64,000 bases of DNA from an uncultured Spirochaetota bacterium (GTDB lineage: Bacteria; Spirochaetota; Brevinematia; Brevinematales; JAOACQ01): positions 160,001-224,000 of the forward strand of contig CAVYGN010000001.1 in the NCBI GenBank assembly GCA_963768055.1. Direction: 5' to 3'. Below the pieces are notes generated by a model. It did no database searches, had not been told where the DNA came from, and was given only the letters and a program-made list of their open reading frames with translations. How positions within the stretch are numbered: the stretch's first letter is position 1; every line of letters begins with the position of its first letter. Shown here piece after piece: positions 21,696 through 31,533 of the stretch. A program made the position numbers and the translations under genes.

Positions 21696-21727
21696 GTAGC
21701 ATAAATAAATTGTTATGAGGTGTATTT

Positions 21728-22240
21728 TTGGAAAATCCAATTTTAGTTTTTAAGAGAGGGTGGCATTTTCGTCTCGGTAATATTTATATTTTTATTGCAG
21801 AACAACCTGACATTCATGAAGATGAAATGAAAAAAACTTATGAATGCCATGTGATTTATGGAAATAACAAAGCTGAAATAAAAGGCTTTGTAATGCAATT
21901 TTCCTGCTCTAAAAATGACTTTGTGATATTTCAAAAAGAATACCCTGATTTTTTGTTAAATCAAGCAATCCGATGGGCAGAAGAAAAGATACAATCAATC
22001 CTTATCGATTTTATTAAGGCTGGAAAACTTGATGAAAGCCAAACAAGAGAAATAAATTATCAAATAACGGATAAAAGAGAGCTTTTGGAAATGTATTTGA
22101 ATCCAGATTTTAAAAAAGAATACAGAAGAATACTTGGGTCTATCGCACAAAATACAAAGAATCGTGAGTTTAAAGAGGAAATAAATAAATGGCTAACAAG
22201 TCATTTAGAACTTAATAATGATGATGCAATTGAATATTGA
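21728..22240 (+). CDS. Hypothetical protein (AT-rich island)
   Basis: 170-aa ORF with GAGGTG RBS and a consensus promoter; no recognised motif. Confidence 0.6.
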   Translation: MENPILVFKRGWHFRLGNIYIFIAEQPDIHEDEMKKTYECHVIYGNNKAEIKGFVMQFSCSKNDFVIFQKEYPDFLLNQAIRWAEEKIQSILIDFIKAGKLDESQTREINYQITDKRELLEMYLNPDFKKEYRRILGSIAQNTKNREFKEEINKWLTSHLELNNDDAIEY

Positions 22241-22822
22241 TGTATGTTAAAATTGCTCTGAGGATTGGTTTCTTAGTAGCAGCAATTATAGCTTTAATAT
22301 TTATCAACGTGAAAAAACTTGGCAGAATATAGGTTTTATTACATGTTCGGCTGTAGCTATTGGATTTTTATTGTAATTTTGAATAGATAATAATGTCGAT
22401 TTTCCTTTCTCTGACATACAAGAATCCGGGCGATAAAGAAGCCGCTAAGATAGAGAAGGATTACAAGGCCTCGATGAAAGACTTCCTTTTATACAGTATC
22501 TATCGGGAAGCTAAAATCCCTTTTCATCGAGATTACTATAGAAGTAATGAATGATGTTAGGTCAAAAAAATCACAGGGAGTTTTTATGATTTTAAAATTT
22601 TTTTTGAAATGGTTTGGAATTAAAGATATAATCTGGTTAATTGTATTAATATTATCAGTTGTTGCGGTTATTTTCTATTTAAAGCCTACCGTTGATTTTA
22701 AATCGCTAGCAGAGATTTTATTTTATATTTCTGGTTGTATTTTAGCTATTGTTGGTATAATAGGCTTATCTCAAACCCCGTGTGTTAGGATAGTTGTCGC
22801 CTAAAATATTAGGAGACAAAAA

Positions 22823-23305
22823 ATGAATAGTCAAATTCGTTCAGAGGAATTCAGGAAATCTATCGTTCAAAAGATGTGTATGCCAGGAGGAAAAACAGTA
22901 TCTGAACTGAGCCAGGAAATAGGAGTATGTGAACAAACCCTTTACAACTGGAGGAAAATGATCCAGAATAATGTATCCAGAGGATTCCAGGATAGAAGCC
23001 CGAGAGGCTGGAAATTATCTGATAAATATCAGGCGGTAGTAGACGCAGCAAGCCAATCGGGAGAAGAGTTAGGACAGTGGTTGAGAAAAAATGGTCTCCA
23101 GTCGACTCATATCGAACTCTGGAAACAGGAGTGTTTATCAGTGATATCTAATAACTCATACAGAGAAGAAAACAAGGGTTTGAAAGCAAAAATCATAGAG
23201 TTAGAAAAAGAAATTAACCGTAAGGATAAAACTATAGCCGAGGTTACTTCTCTGCTGGTGCTTAAAAAAAAACTGAACAAGCTGTTCGGGATCGAGGAAG
23301 ATTAA
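22823..23305 (+). CDS. IS3-family transposase OrfA (HTH)
   Basis: VSELSQEIGVCEQTLYNW HTH, coiled coil, LLVLKKK; A9 run at 23264-23272. Confidence 0.88.
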   Translation: MNSQIRSEEFRKSIVQKMCMPGGKTVSELSQEIGVCEQTLYNWRKMIQNNVSRGFQDRSPRGWKLSDKYQAVVDAASQSGEELGQWLRKNGLQSTHIELWKQECLSVISNNSYREENKGLKAKIIELEKEINRKDKTIAEVTSLLVLKKKLNKLFGIEED

Positions 23306-23310
23306 CTCCA

Positions 23311-24339
23311 TTGGATATACGCATAGATATCTGTGCCTTGATTAATGAGGCTGTTACGACAGGGGCCAGCAGGGATAAGGCTTGTGAAGAATCTGGCTAT
23401 GATATAAGGACCATACAGCGCTGGAATAAAAATCTTGAGGGAGACAGAAGAAAATTGAGAAATGTAATGCCTTCAAATGCCCTGTCGGCCGAAGAAAGGG
23501 AGGAGATCATCTCCTGCTGTTGCAGCGAGAGATTTAGAGATATGACGCCGAATGAAATAGTGCCCATGCTGGCAGAGGAAGGTCGGTATATAGCATCAGA
23601 ATCATCTTTTTACCGCGTTTTAAAGGACAATGATTTGCTGCACCATAGATACGAAACGAAGCCGAAAACGGCAAGGAAAACGCCAAGAGAACTGGAAGCG
23701 ACGGGTCCTAATCAGGTATGGAGTTGGGATATTACATATATATCCAGTCATATAAAAGGTAAGTATTTCTACCTCTATATGATCGAAGATGTCTGGAGCC
23801 GTAAGATAGTCGGCTGGAAAATGCACGAGGAGGAAAGCTCTGATCATGCCGCAAGAATGGTGGCAGAGATCGGAGAAACCATTGATTTGAAAGGCTTGTA
23901 TTTACATTCTGATAATGGTTCTCCTATGAAAGGGGCTACGATGTTAGCGACCTTGCAGAGGTTACAGGTTATGCCGTCGTTTTCAAGGCCGAGTGTAAGT
24001 AACGATAACCCTTACTCAGAATCATTGTTTAAAACATTGAAATATAATGTGAAATACCCAGGCAATTTCGAGACAATGGAATCGGTAGAAATATGGATGC
24101 AAAATTTTGTAGACTGGTATAATAATAAACATCTTCATTCAGGGATCGGATATGTCACACCAGCACAGAGACATGAAGGTAAAGATAAGGCGATACTCCT
24201 GAAGAGAGCGGAAACTTATGCGGCTGCAAAAAGCAGACATCCTGAAAGATGGTCAGGAGAATCTAAAAAATGGGAACGGATAGAATCGGTATTTTTAAAC
24301 CCGAGTAAGACTAACAAGGAATCGTTGGTTGCGGCGTAA
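23311..24339 (+). CDS. IS3-family transposase OrfB (DDE), probably fused to OrfA by a -1 frameshift
   Basis: WSWDITY, LHSDNGS, NPYSESLFKTLK, YN..H.HS.I.Y.TP; -1 frame is open from the A9 run. Confidence 0.92.
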   Translation: MDIRIDICALINEAVTTGASRDKACEESGYDIRTIQRWNKNLEGDRRKLRNVMPSNALSAEEREEIISCCCSERFRDMTPNEIVPMLAEEGRYIASESSFYRVLKDNDLLHHRYETKPKTARKTPRELEATGPNQVWSWDITYISSHIKGKYFYLYMIEDVWSRKIVGWKMHEEESSDHAARMVAEIGETIDLKGLYLHSDNGSPMKGATMLATLQRLQVMPSFSRPSVSNDNPYSESLFKTLKYNVKYPGNFETMESVEIWMQNFVDWYNNKHLHSGIGYVTPAQRHEGKDKAILLKRAETYAAAKSRHPERWSGESKKWERIESVFLNPSKTNKESLVAA

Positions 24340-25020
24340 AATAAAAGCGACAACTCCCTTGACAAAAACCGCAAATAGTAATAGCGAAGGATGATATAAA
24401 AATAAGATCTCAGAGAGAAGCTGCTCAAATTGCAGCTACTCAGTGTGATTTCTTTACAAATACAATTTGTAAACAGTCTAATGGAATACTGATTGATTTA
24501 TTAAATGCAAAAGTCACAGAAATAGATGGATTGAGGCAAGTTTATGATATTAATTTTAAAGATCAAATATTTATTAATAAAATAATAAACTGGCTAATTA
24601 ATAATAAAACTACACTTGGATCTCAGCCAAATTTTTTAAAAAGAATTATTGAAATTATTGATTCATTAGAATCTTTTTCATTATACTTTACAATGGATAT
24701 TGCGGAAGAAAAAATGGCATTTCCTTGTATAGGTTACTCATTTTGTAAAATTGTTGAATGTTATTTGCCTTTTGTATATATTGCACTCCAGGATTATAAA
24801 TATGATTACCATAATTTAAGATTATTATTTGATAGTTGGAGTAAAAAATTAGAAAAAGCTAAAATTGCAAATTTGGTATTGGAAAAAGAACAGGAAAAAG
24901 CTAATATTTTATCTGAAAAAGAAAAAGAAATAGATCAATTGAAAGATTTAAGAGATAAGTTCAAAGAAGAAGTAAAAAAAACTATAGGTACAAATTATTA
25001 ATATTGTTTAGGTATAAAAA

Positions 25021-25303
25021 TTATTCATCCTCGAACTTTGCTTTAATTTCATCATCCGTCTTTATCTTCTGTGAAAAGGCCCACTTCTCGAGGTCGTCCC
25101 AGGTGAAATAAATCATCTTACCTCACGGCGATTTGAAATGTGGAATTTTCCTGGTGGAAGTAAGCTTGAAAAGAGTAGATTTTGAAAACAAAATGATACT
25201 GGGCCGCCTGAATGAGAGTAAGAGGCCTATGCCGTACCGCTTTTCTCTCAATAAGTAGTTTTTCGATCCGGTCGAGCCTGGCTATTATTTCATTTTATTT
25301 CAT
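25021..25303 (-). pseudogene. Excisionase-like HTH (HTH_17) pseudogene
   Basis: MK*NEIIARLDRIEKLL..RPLTLIQAAQY / frameshift / SKSTLFKLTSTRKIPHFKSP*GKMIYFTWDDLEKW; AAGGGAG RBS. Confidence 0.7.
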
Positions 25304-25505
25304 ATATTTTTCTCCCTTATATTATAGAGCGTTATGGGTTAGAAATTATCGGGAAAGTGAAAAATATTTTCTGTTTTCTCAGATTTGCTTTATAATATCG
25401 TACTAATAGCACAGCAATGGGTTACTAAAACGTTACTTTTCTGGTTTAGGAAATATTATAAATGTTTATAATAAAAAGAATTAATAACTTAACAGGTTTC
25501 TCGCA

Positions 25506-26300
25506 GTGAAAATCGCTATAGCCGGCGGACTGGGCTTTGAGATGGAACTCCTGGAAATGCTTCAGGGTCACAAAATACTGCTTGTAGGCAGCGGCTACGA
25601 TTTAAAAAAAGAAAAGTTTCCGGTTTACAATAATGTCGAATTCATCGGGGAGTTCCTGACAAGGGGTTACGAGGCGTATTTTGCTGATTACGATATTTTC
25701 ATCGATGTCTCGGAAAGCCAGAAATCAAAATTCATATTGAATGACCTGGCATTGAAATTTCATAAAAAATATATCGCACTATTTTACGATCGGACCTGGA
25801 AGGTCGCATTATTATTACCCGATACTTGCCTTGAATGTCTTTTGCCTTACAGAAGCATGGGGCCGTATTTTCTTATTCCCGCCGTTCCTTTACCGTCTGT
25901 GTTATCGAAAATCAAAAAAGCCGTCGATACAGAGGAAGGAGGCAGTTATTATTCAGATCTCCCGGACGGGGCAAATATTAAAATACCTTTATCGGACTCC
26001 TGTATCGCTTCCGGCGGTAATCTCAGATTCCTCGGCGGGGAAATGGACGATGTTGTAGCCGTATCCTGTTCGGATCAATCGGTAGCTGTGACTCCTATGG
26101 AGGAAATAATACTTGATCTTGATTTTTACAGGCAGATATTGGCTAAGGAGACGAAGATCATAGGGCAGAATACTTTTTATCTTGAGTTTAGGATATACCA
26201 CTTTAACGCCCTGCTTTTCAGGCATGGAAGACTGATCGTAAAAGGAACGAAGGAAAAGAACACAGCCTTAGCCGTTTATAGAAGGTATATCGGAAACTGA
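25506..26300 (+). CDS. Divergent ThiF/MoeB-like protein
   Basis: N-terminal IAGGLG, CLECL, C-terminal F..GRLIVKGT....A...Y.RYIG typical of MoeB tails. Confidence 0.5.
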   Translation: MKIAIAGGLGFEMELLEMLQGHKILLVGSGYDLKKEKFPVYNNVEFIGEFLTRGYEAYFADYDIFIDVSESQKSKFILNDLALKFHKKYIALFYDRTWKVALLLPDTCLECLLPYRSMGPYFLIPAVPLPSVLSKIKKAVDTEEGGSYYSDLPDGANIKIPLSDSCIASGGNLRFLGGEMDDVVAVSCSDQSVAVTPMEEIILDLDFYRQILAKETKIIGQNTFYLEFRIYHFNALLFRHGRLIVKGTKEKNTALAVYRRYIGN

Positions 26301-26310
26301 AAACCATTAA

Positions 26311-26781
26311 TTACATGGTTTGATCATAGGCTTTTTTATACTTCGGGTTTTTAACCATAAAGTCATAAATATCTTGCGAATGGATTTTATTATACTGAAT
26401 AAGGTCTTTTTCCGTCAAGCCGTAACTTTTGTAAAATTCCTTTCTTTTTTCTTCAAGGAACTTGGCGGATTTTTCGTCAAGTTCGCCGTTAGTGTTCTTA
26501 GTGCCGATACTTTCAGCGAGTTCTTTGAGCCAATTTTTTTGCTCGATATTAAATAGTATCCATATTTGAATAACCTTATCGGGACTGTCCAGGACGACTT
26601 TAGTACCTTTCTTGACGGTAATAATGTCAGAGAAATCATTTGTGTTTATTGCGGAGCTGCTGACAACAGATGAATTCGTACCGCCCTGCGACGTTGAAGA
26701 ATTATTGCCGCATTTAAATAGAAATAGAGATACAAAAAGAAAAGTAAAAAACAGGGATATAACTGTCAATAACTTATTCAC
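26311..26781 (-). CDS. Hypothetical exported protein or lipoprotein
   Basis: Hydrophobic N-terminus ending FKC followed by a Ser/Asn-rich linker. Confidence 0.65.
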   Translation of the reverse strand: MNKLLTVISLFFTFLFVSLFLFKCGNNSSTSQGGTNSSVVSSSAINTNDFSDIITVKKGTKVVLDSPDKVIQIWILFNIEQKNWLKELAESIGTKNTNGELDEKSAKFLEEKRKEFYKSYGLTEKDLIQYNKIHSQDIYDFMVKNPKYKKAYDQTM

Positions 26782-27035
26782 CTTTTTTCCACCCTCATAA
26801 AAACAATATAAAAAAATATATTGTAAAAAGGGAAAAAAATCAAGGATTTAACGTGCGATTTTTCGGGCACTTTTAATAACCGCCTTTTCAAGGCGGGTAG
26901 GTAGTGCCCATTGGGCGGATTATAAATAATTAAAATGCTAATTGTTAATAACATTGGTAATTAATGGAACCGCCCTTTCCTCTTTTCGATTCTATGCTTG
27001 ATTATTTGAAAAAAAGGGATTTCTTAGCTATAATA

Positions 27036-27093
27036 TAGGGGCGCTTCCCTGCGGGCACCTTCGGCCATTCGGATAGGAACGCAAGCGCCCTTA
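27036..27093. repeat. Dispersed intergenic hairpin repeat, copy 2
   Basis: TAGGGGCGCTT...CCATTCGGATAGGAA...AAGCGCCCTTA closes a stem. Confidence 0.65.
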
Positions 27094-27121
27094 CGGGGCA
27101 AGGATAAAAAGGAGAAAGTAG

Positions 27122-28195
27122 ATGGTTAAAAATGAAAAACAGACGCTGGGCGAGTATCTTAAGGACGCCAGGAAAGAAAAAGGAATATCGATAGATGAGA
27201 TAGTAAGGGATACGAATATACCAAAAAAATATCTGGAAGCGATTGAATCGGATAATTTTGAATTATTTCCAGGTGAAACATACGCTATGGGATTTATCTC
27301 GAATTATGCCGAAGCCCTTGAAGTAGATCATGAACTGGCGATTGCGCTTTATAAGAGGCAGATGAAAATAGAACAGGAAGCCCCTATTGAGGAACTTGTC
27401 GGCAGAAAAAAAAACCCATGGATGGAAAACAGCAATATTATAATAAGCGTAGGCGCTGCGGCATTGCTGCTGATAATATTCGTGGTTTTTTTAATCAGCC
27501 GGCGGTCAGGCGATGAACCCGGATCGTCAAAATCTTTTTATTTCGCAATTGACGACCTTGGCAAGGTAAGCGCTCAGAAACTCAAGGCAGGAGATAGCCT
27601 CTTTATTACCAACTCGACCAGATCCATTGAAATGGACATCCTCAGGATCGATCCTTCGAGGTCTTTGATGTTCAGGGTTAGCAATAAAAACTACACTATT
27701 AAAATAAGTGAACTTCTCAGCATAGATTCCGCTAATGACGGCACCAACGATCTGGGAATAGAACTGATCAGTGCGAAACCCAGGGAAGCGAAAATGGCGT
27801 TGACCCTTCTTAAAGAAAATCCGGACCTGGGTGAACTCTCAAATAAAAGTGAACTGGTTTCCAGGTATAATGAATATATTGTATCTGAAAGCGAATTTAT
27901 GGTTTCCCAGGCAAAAAGCCCTGTTAATCTGAAGCTGATTTCCCAGGGATCCGGTTTTTTAAGCTATATACCGGATGGAAAGGATGAAAAGCAGATGAAT
28001 ATAAACAACAGCACGACTCTTACAATTTCGTTCACCAACAATCTTATTCTTTACCTTGGAAACAGCGGAGCAATAAGGATTTTGCTCGGCACCAAAGAGG
28101 AGGTCGGGGGAGGTTGGGGTGAAGTCGGTAAATCCCTTTTTTACTGGAAACCCAAAAACGGCCAGTTTACACTTGTAAGGGCTATTTTGAAATAA
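27122..28195 (+). CDS. rodZ: RodZ-like HTH membrane protein
   Basis: LGEYLKDAR..KGISI...T.I...YLEAIE..F..FPG..YA.GF...YA HTH; one TM; upstream of rimO. Confidence 0.8.
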   Translation: MVKNEKQTLGEYLKDARKEKGISIDEIVRDTNIPKKYLEAIESDNFELFPGETYAMGFISNYAEALEVDHELAIALYKRQMKIEQEAPIEELVGRKKNPWMENSNIIISVGAAALLLIIFVVFLISRRSGDEPGSSKSFYFAIDDLGKVSAQKLKAGDSLFITNSTRSIEMDILRIDPSRSLMFRVSNKNYTIKISELLSIDSANDGTNDLGIELISAKPREAKMALTLLKENPDLGELSNKSELVSRYNEYIVSESEFMVSQAKSPVNLKLISQGSGFLSYIPDGKDEKQMNINNSTTLTISFTNNLILYLGNSGAIRILLGTKEEVGGGWGEVGKSLFYWKPKNGQFTLVRAILK

Positions 28196-28207
28196 GGCCG
28201 AATATTA

Positions 28208-29542
28208 ATGAAAATATTTTTCGATGCTCTGGGATGTCCCAAAGCATTGGTTGACGCCGAAAAGATGTGTTACCTCCTCGAGGAAAACTCTAACACTGTG
28301 GTCTCAAATCCGGAAGAAGCAGAAGCGATCGTGATAAATACATGCGGTTTTATCAAAAAGGCAAAAGAAGAGAATTTAGAGGCTATACTGTCATACACTG
28401 AGATGAAAAAAAATAACCCCCGGCTTAAAATCATAGTTTCCGGATGCCTGTCGGAAAGGTATAAGCAGGACCTGCTGGATGCTATCCCGGAAATCGACGG
28501 GGCTATCGGTGTGAGAGACCCTTCAAAATTAATCGATGCATTGAACTATTCCGGTATAAAAGGCCGGCTTTTTGACGAAGGCCCCTATAATCAGGAGGCA
28601 ATCGGCGGACGAAAACTTTACTTTTCAGGTTTGCTGTATTCTTACATAAAAATTTCCGAAGGCTGCAACAGGTCCTGTTCATTCTGCGCCATACCGGGCA
28701 TACGAGGCCGTCAGAATAGCCGCAGTATTGAAGCGATAGTTAAAGAAGCCGCCGTACTGTCGGAAAATGGGATCAGGGAATTGATTATTATTTCAGAAGA
28801 CACCCTTTCTTACGGGATCGATCTTCATAATAAACCTTCTCTGATAGACCTGTTGAGGGAACTATTAAAACTTGATTTCCATTGGATAAGACTTATGTAT
28901 CTTTTCCCGGACAAAGAATTGGAAGAACTGGTGCAATTTATTTCTTCTGAAGAAAGGATCTGCAACTATATCGACATGCCTCTTCAGCATGTATCGGGAT
29001 CCATCCTAGCAAGAATGAAGAGGGCCGGCGGATATAATGAATATATGGGACTAACGAAAAGGATCCGTAAAGTGAACCGGGAAATAAGGATAAGGAGCTC
29101 TTTTATAACGGGATATCCGGGGGAGACGGACAAAGACCATGCCGAACTGAAAAAATTTCTTTACGAGGCATCTCTTGACAGGGTCGGCTTTTTCGAGTAT
29201 TCCGATGAGGAGAATACGGCATCTTATCTTGAAAAGCCCAAAATAAAATCCAAGGAGAAAAGGAAAAGGTTCGTCGAAGTTGCCGCCGTTCAGGAAGCCG
29301 TTTCTCTTCAAAGGCTGAAGTCGCTTACCGGCAGGGAAATCAATTGTATAAATGATGGAAACATTATTGAGAAGGAAGGAAAAAGCTATCTTTTGCTCCG
29401 GAGCGAGTATGACGCGCCCGATATTGACGGACACATAAGGGTTGAAATAGATAGCCCCGGTATGATTGAAAGAGATTTTATCCGTGTTCGCATAATGGAG
29501 CCTTTTTCATCACATGACCTTACCGCCGAAGCTCTCTCTTGA
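28208..29542 (+). CDS. rimO: Ribosomal protein S12 methylthiotransferase
   Basis: LGCPKA.VD.E, NTCGFI, SEGCNRSCSFCAIP..RG, APDIDG TRAM tail. Confidence 0.93.
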   Translation: MKIFFDALGCPKALVDAEKMCYLLEENSNTVVSNPEEAEAIVINTCGFIKKAKEENLEAILSYTEMKKNNPRLKIIVSGCLSERYKQDLLDAIPEIDGAIGVRDPSKLIDALNYSGIKGRLFDEGPYNQEAIGGRKLYFSGLLYSYIKISEGCNRSCSFCAIPGIRGRQNSRSIEAIVKEAAVLSENGIRELIIISEDTLSYGIDLHNKPSLIDLLRELLKLDFHWIRLMYLFPDKELEELVQFISSEERICNYIDMPLQHVSGSILARMKRAGGYNEYMGLTKRIRKVNREIRIRSSFITGYPGETDKDHAELKKFLYEASLDRVGFFEYSDEENTASYLEKPKIKSKEKRKRFVEVAAVQEAVSLQRLKSLTGREINCINDGNIIEKEGKSYLLLRSEYDAPDIDGHIRVEIDSPGMIERDFIRVRIMEPFSSHDLTAEALS

Positions 29543-29594
29543 AATATTTTACAAAAAAGCATAAATTTATTATTATTAGAAATAAAGCCCGAAC

Positions 29595-30239
29595 ATGGGG
29601 ATATTGATGAAATTCACCCTTACGCTTCCAAATTTATTGACGATATTCAGGCTGATGCTTGTTCCGCTTATATTGTATTTTATTATTTTCGATTCTGTCT
29701 TGAACATATGTCTCGCTCTGATTATTTACTCCTTATCGGCGCTGACCGATTATTTTGACGGAAAACTTGCCAGAAGGCTTAATCAAAAGTCCGAATTCGG
29801 GGAGTATTTCGATCCGCTTGCGGATAAAATCCTGGTCTGGAGCGTTTTTACAGTCCTGAGTTTTAAGACGGGCCTGTTCATCCCTCTCTGGCTCATCGTC
29901 TTTTTATATGCAAGGGACTTTTACGTTACCTGGCTCAGGTCGTACTCCAGAAAAAAAAATATTTCATTCAAAACATCAATGGTAGCAAAGGCGAAAACGA
30001 TGGTGCAGATGGTCGTTGCAGCCGCAATAATCGGCTATCTTTTTCTAACCCTTGTATTAAAAGACTATCTGAAATTAAGCATCAGCGATTATACAGGGAT
30101 ATGGAAGGCCGCTCTTCCCGGATTTTACAGTTACATTGTCTATATTCCTCTTATTTTGACTTTTTTAACTGTGATTTTTACCATTTACACCGCATTCGAT
30201 TATTACAGAAGTTTTAAAAGGTCTTTAAAAAATGGATAA
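29595..30239 (+). CDS. pgsA: CDP-diacylglycerol--glycerol-3-phosphate 3-phosphatidyltransferase
   Basis: PN.LT..R, TD..DG.LAR......FG...DP.ADK. Confidence 0.9.
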   Translation: MGILMKFTLTLPNLLTIFRLMLVPLILYFIIFDSVLNICLALIIYSLSALTDYFDGKLARRLNQKSEFGEYFDPLADKILVWSVFTVLSFKTGLFIPLWLIVFLYARDFYVTWLRSYSRKKNISFKTSMVAKAKTMVQMVVAAAIIGYLFLTLVLKDYLKLSISDYTGIWKAALPGFYSYIVYIPLILTFLTVIFTIYTAFDYYRSFKRSLKNG

Positions 30240-30720
30240 ATCTTTAGGCAAAAAACTGAAGGAAATGATCGCTACAAGTTTTTTTGTGGGCTATTCTCCA
30301 TTTATGCCCGGAACTATGGGAACCCTTGTCGGAGCCGCGCTTTATGTTTTTTTAAGCTCTTTTACCATATATTATTACGTATCGATAGCGGTGCTTCTTG
30401 TTGTGGCTGTATGGGTCAGCGATTATGCGGAAAAACATATATTCAAAATGAAGGATGCGCCTCATATAGTTATCGATGAAACTGTAGGTTTTTTAATAGC
30501 AATGACATCATTTCCCTTTGACAGGTCCCTTAACAGTATAAAATATCTTGTTGTAGGATTTATTCTTTTCCGGGTCTTCGATATTTTAAAACCTTATCCT
30601 ATCAAGGACTCTCAAAAGATAGAGGGGGGATTCGGAGTCGTCATCGACGATGTTCTTGCCGCGGTTTATACAAATCTGTTTTTGCAATTCCTGAGGATCT
30701 TACACTTTTTTACCCTGTGA
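30232..30720 (+). CDS. pgpA: Phosphatidylglycerophosphatase A
   Basis: PGT.GT, D...IVIDE..G, FR.FDI.KP.PI, G.GV..DD.LA. Confidence 0.92.
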   Translation: MDKSLGKKLKEMIATSFFVGYSPFMPGTMGTLVGAALYVFLSSFTIYYYVSIAVLLVVAVWVSDYAEKHIFKMKDAPHIVIDETVGFLIAMTSFPFDRSLNSIKYLVVGFILFRVFDILKPYPIKDSQKIEGGFGVVIDDVLAAVYTNLFLQFLRILHFFTL

Positions 30721-30745
30721 CTTTTGTTAAGTTGAGGGAATAGTT

Positions 30746-31462
30746 ATGCATTTACGTTCTATCACATTTAATCATGAGAAATATCCTGCAGAGGATGTCT
30801 ACCCATTTTCACTTGAAATAATTAAAAAAACTTCCGAAATAACATTTCACAGTCCTGTGGTTTTTTTTATTGGGGAGAACGGATGCGGCAAATCAACAGT
30901 ACTGAAAGCAATTGCCCGAAAATGCTCGATTCATCTCTGGAAGGACGAAGGGCGGCGAACCGTTAATCATAATAAATACGCCGAACTGCTTTACCGATAT
31001 ATGGAGGCTGAATGGGTTCTCGATAAAGTGCCGGGTTCTTTTTTCTCATCTGAATATTTCCGTTATTTTGCGGAGTATCTGGATGATTGGGCTGCCGCAG
31101 ACTCCGGGATGCTGAAATATTTCGGCGGTTCGTCCCTGCTTGAAAAATCGCATGGACAGGGTAATATGGCGTATTTTAAAAGCCGTTATGCATTAAAAGG
31201 GTTGTATCTACTTGATGAACCGGAAAATGCGTTATCGCCGGTCAAACAGATCGAATTATTACGCATTATTAATGCAGCTGTTCTTACCGGGAAAGCACAA
31301 TTTATAATTGCCTCTCATTCGCCAATTCTGCTTGCCCTTCCCGGCGCTGAAATATTCAGTTTTGACCATATACCGGTAAGGACTGTCGGGTACAAGGAGA
31401 CTGAACATTACAGGGTATATCACAGTTTTATTAATAACCCCGAAGGATGCCTCAATACCTGA
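30746..31462 (+). CDS. Predicted ABC/AAA-type ATPase
   Basis: GENGCGKST, SHGQ, LYLLDEPE.ALSP, IASHSPIL. Confidence 0.85.
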   Translation: MHLRSITFNHEKYPAEDVYPFSLEIIKKTSEITFHSPVVFFIGENGCGKSTVLKAIARKCSIHLWKDEGRRTVNHNKYAELLYRYMEAEWVLDKVPGSFFSSEYFRYFAEYLDDWAAADSGMLKYFGGSSLLEKSHGQGNMAYFKSRYALKGLYLLDEPENALSPVKQIELLRIINAAVLTGKAQFIIASHSPILLALPGAEIFSFDHIPVRTVGYKETEHYRVYHSFINNPEGCLNT

Positions 31463-31533
31463 AGAATCTTATTTGCCATTTTCCCCTGTTTTATTTAAAA
31501 TATCCAGTCTGGAATTTTTTGCAAGGAGTCTAT

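Larger units (their letters stand above)
22776..24371 (+). mobile_element. IS3-family insertion sequence (~1.6 kb)
   Basis: Imperfect sub-terminal IRs (TGTTAGGATAGTTGTCGC and GCGACAACTCCCTTGACA); CAAA duplication at 22772-22775 and 24372-24375; orfA plus orfB. Confidence 0.9.
22586..25001 (+). pseudogene. Membrane-anchored hypothetical gene (~271 aa) interrupted by an IS3-family element
   Basis: Removing 22776-24375 joins ...GIIGLSQ to IVIAKDDIKIRSQ... in frame through to the stop at 25001. Confidence 0.85.

Noticed and set aside
25212..25406. 64-aa plus-strand ORF
   Set aside because: Antisense to the excisionase pseudogene, with no RBS or motif.
28208..29542. RimO as part of the radical SAM peptide system
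   Set aside because: It is a housekeeping methylthiotransferase in its usual rodZ-rimO-pgsA context, over 30 kb away.
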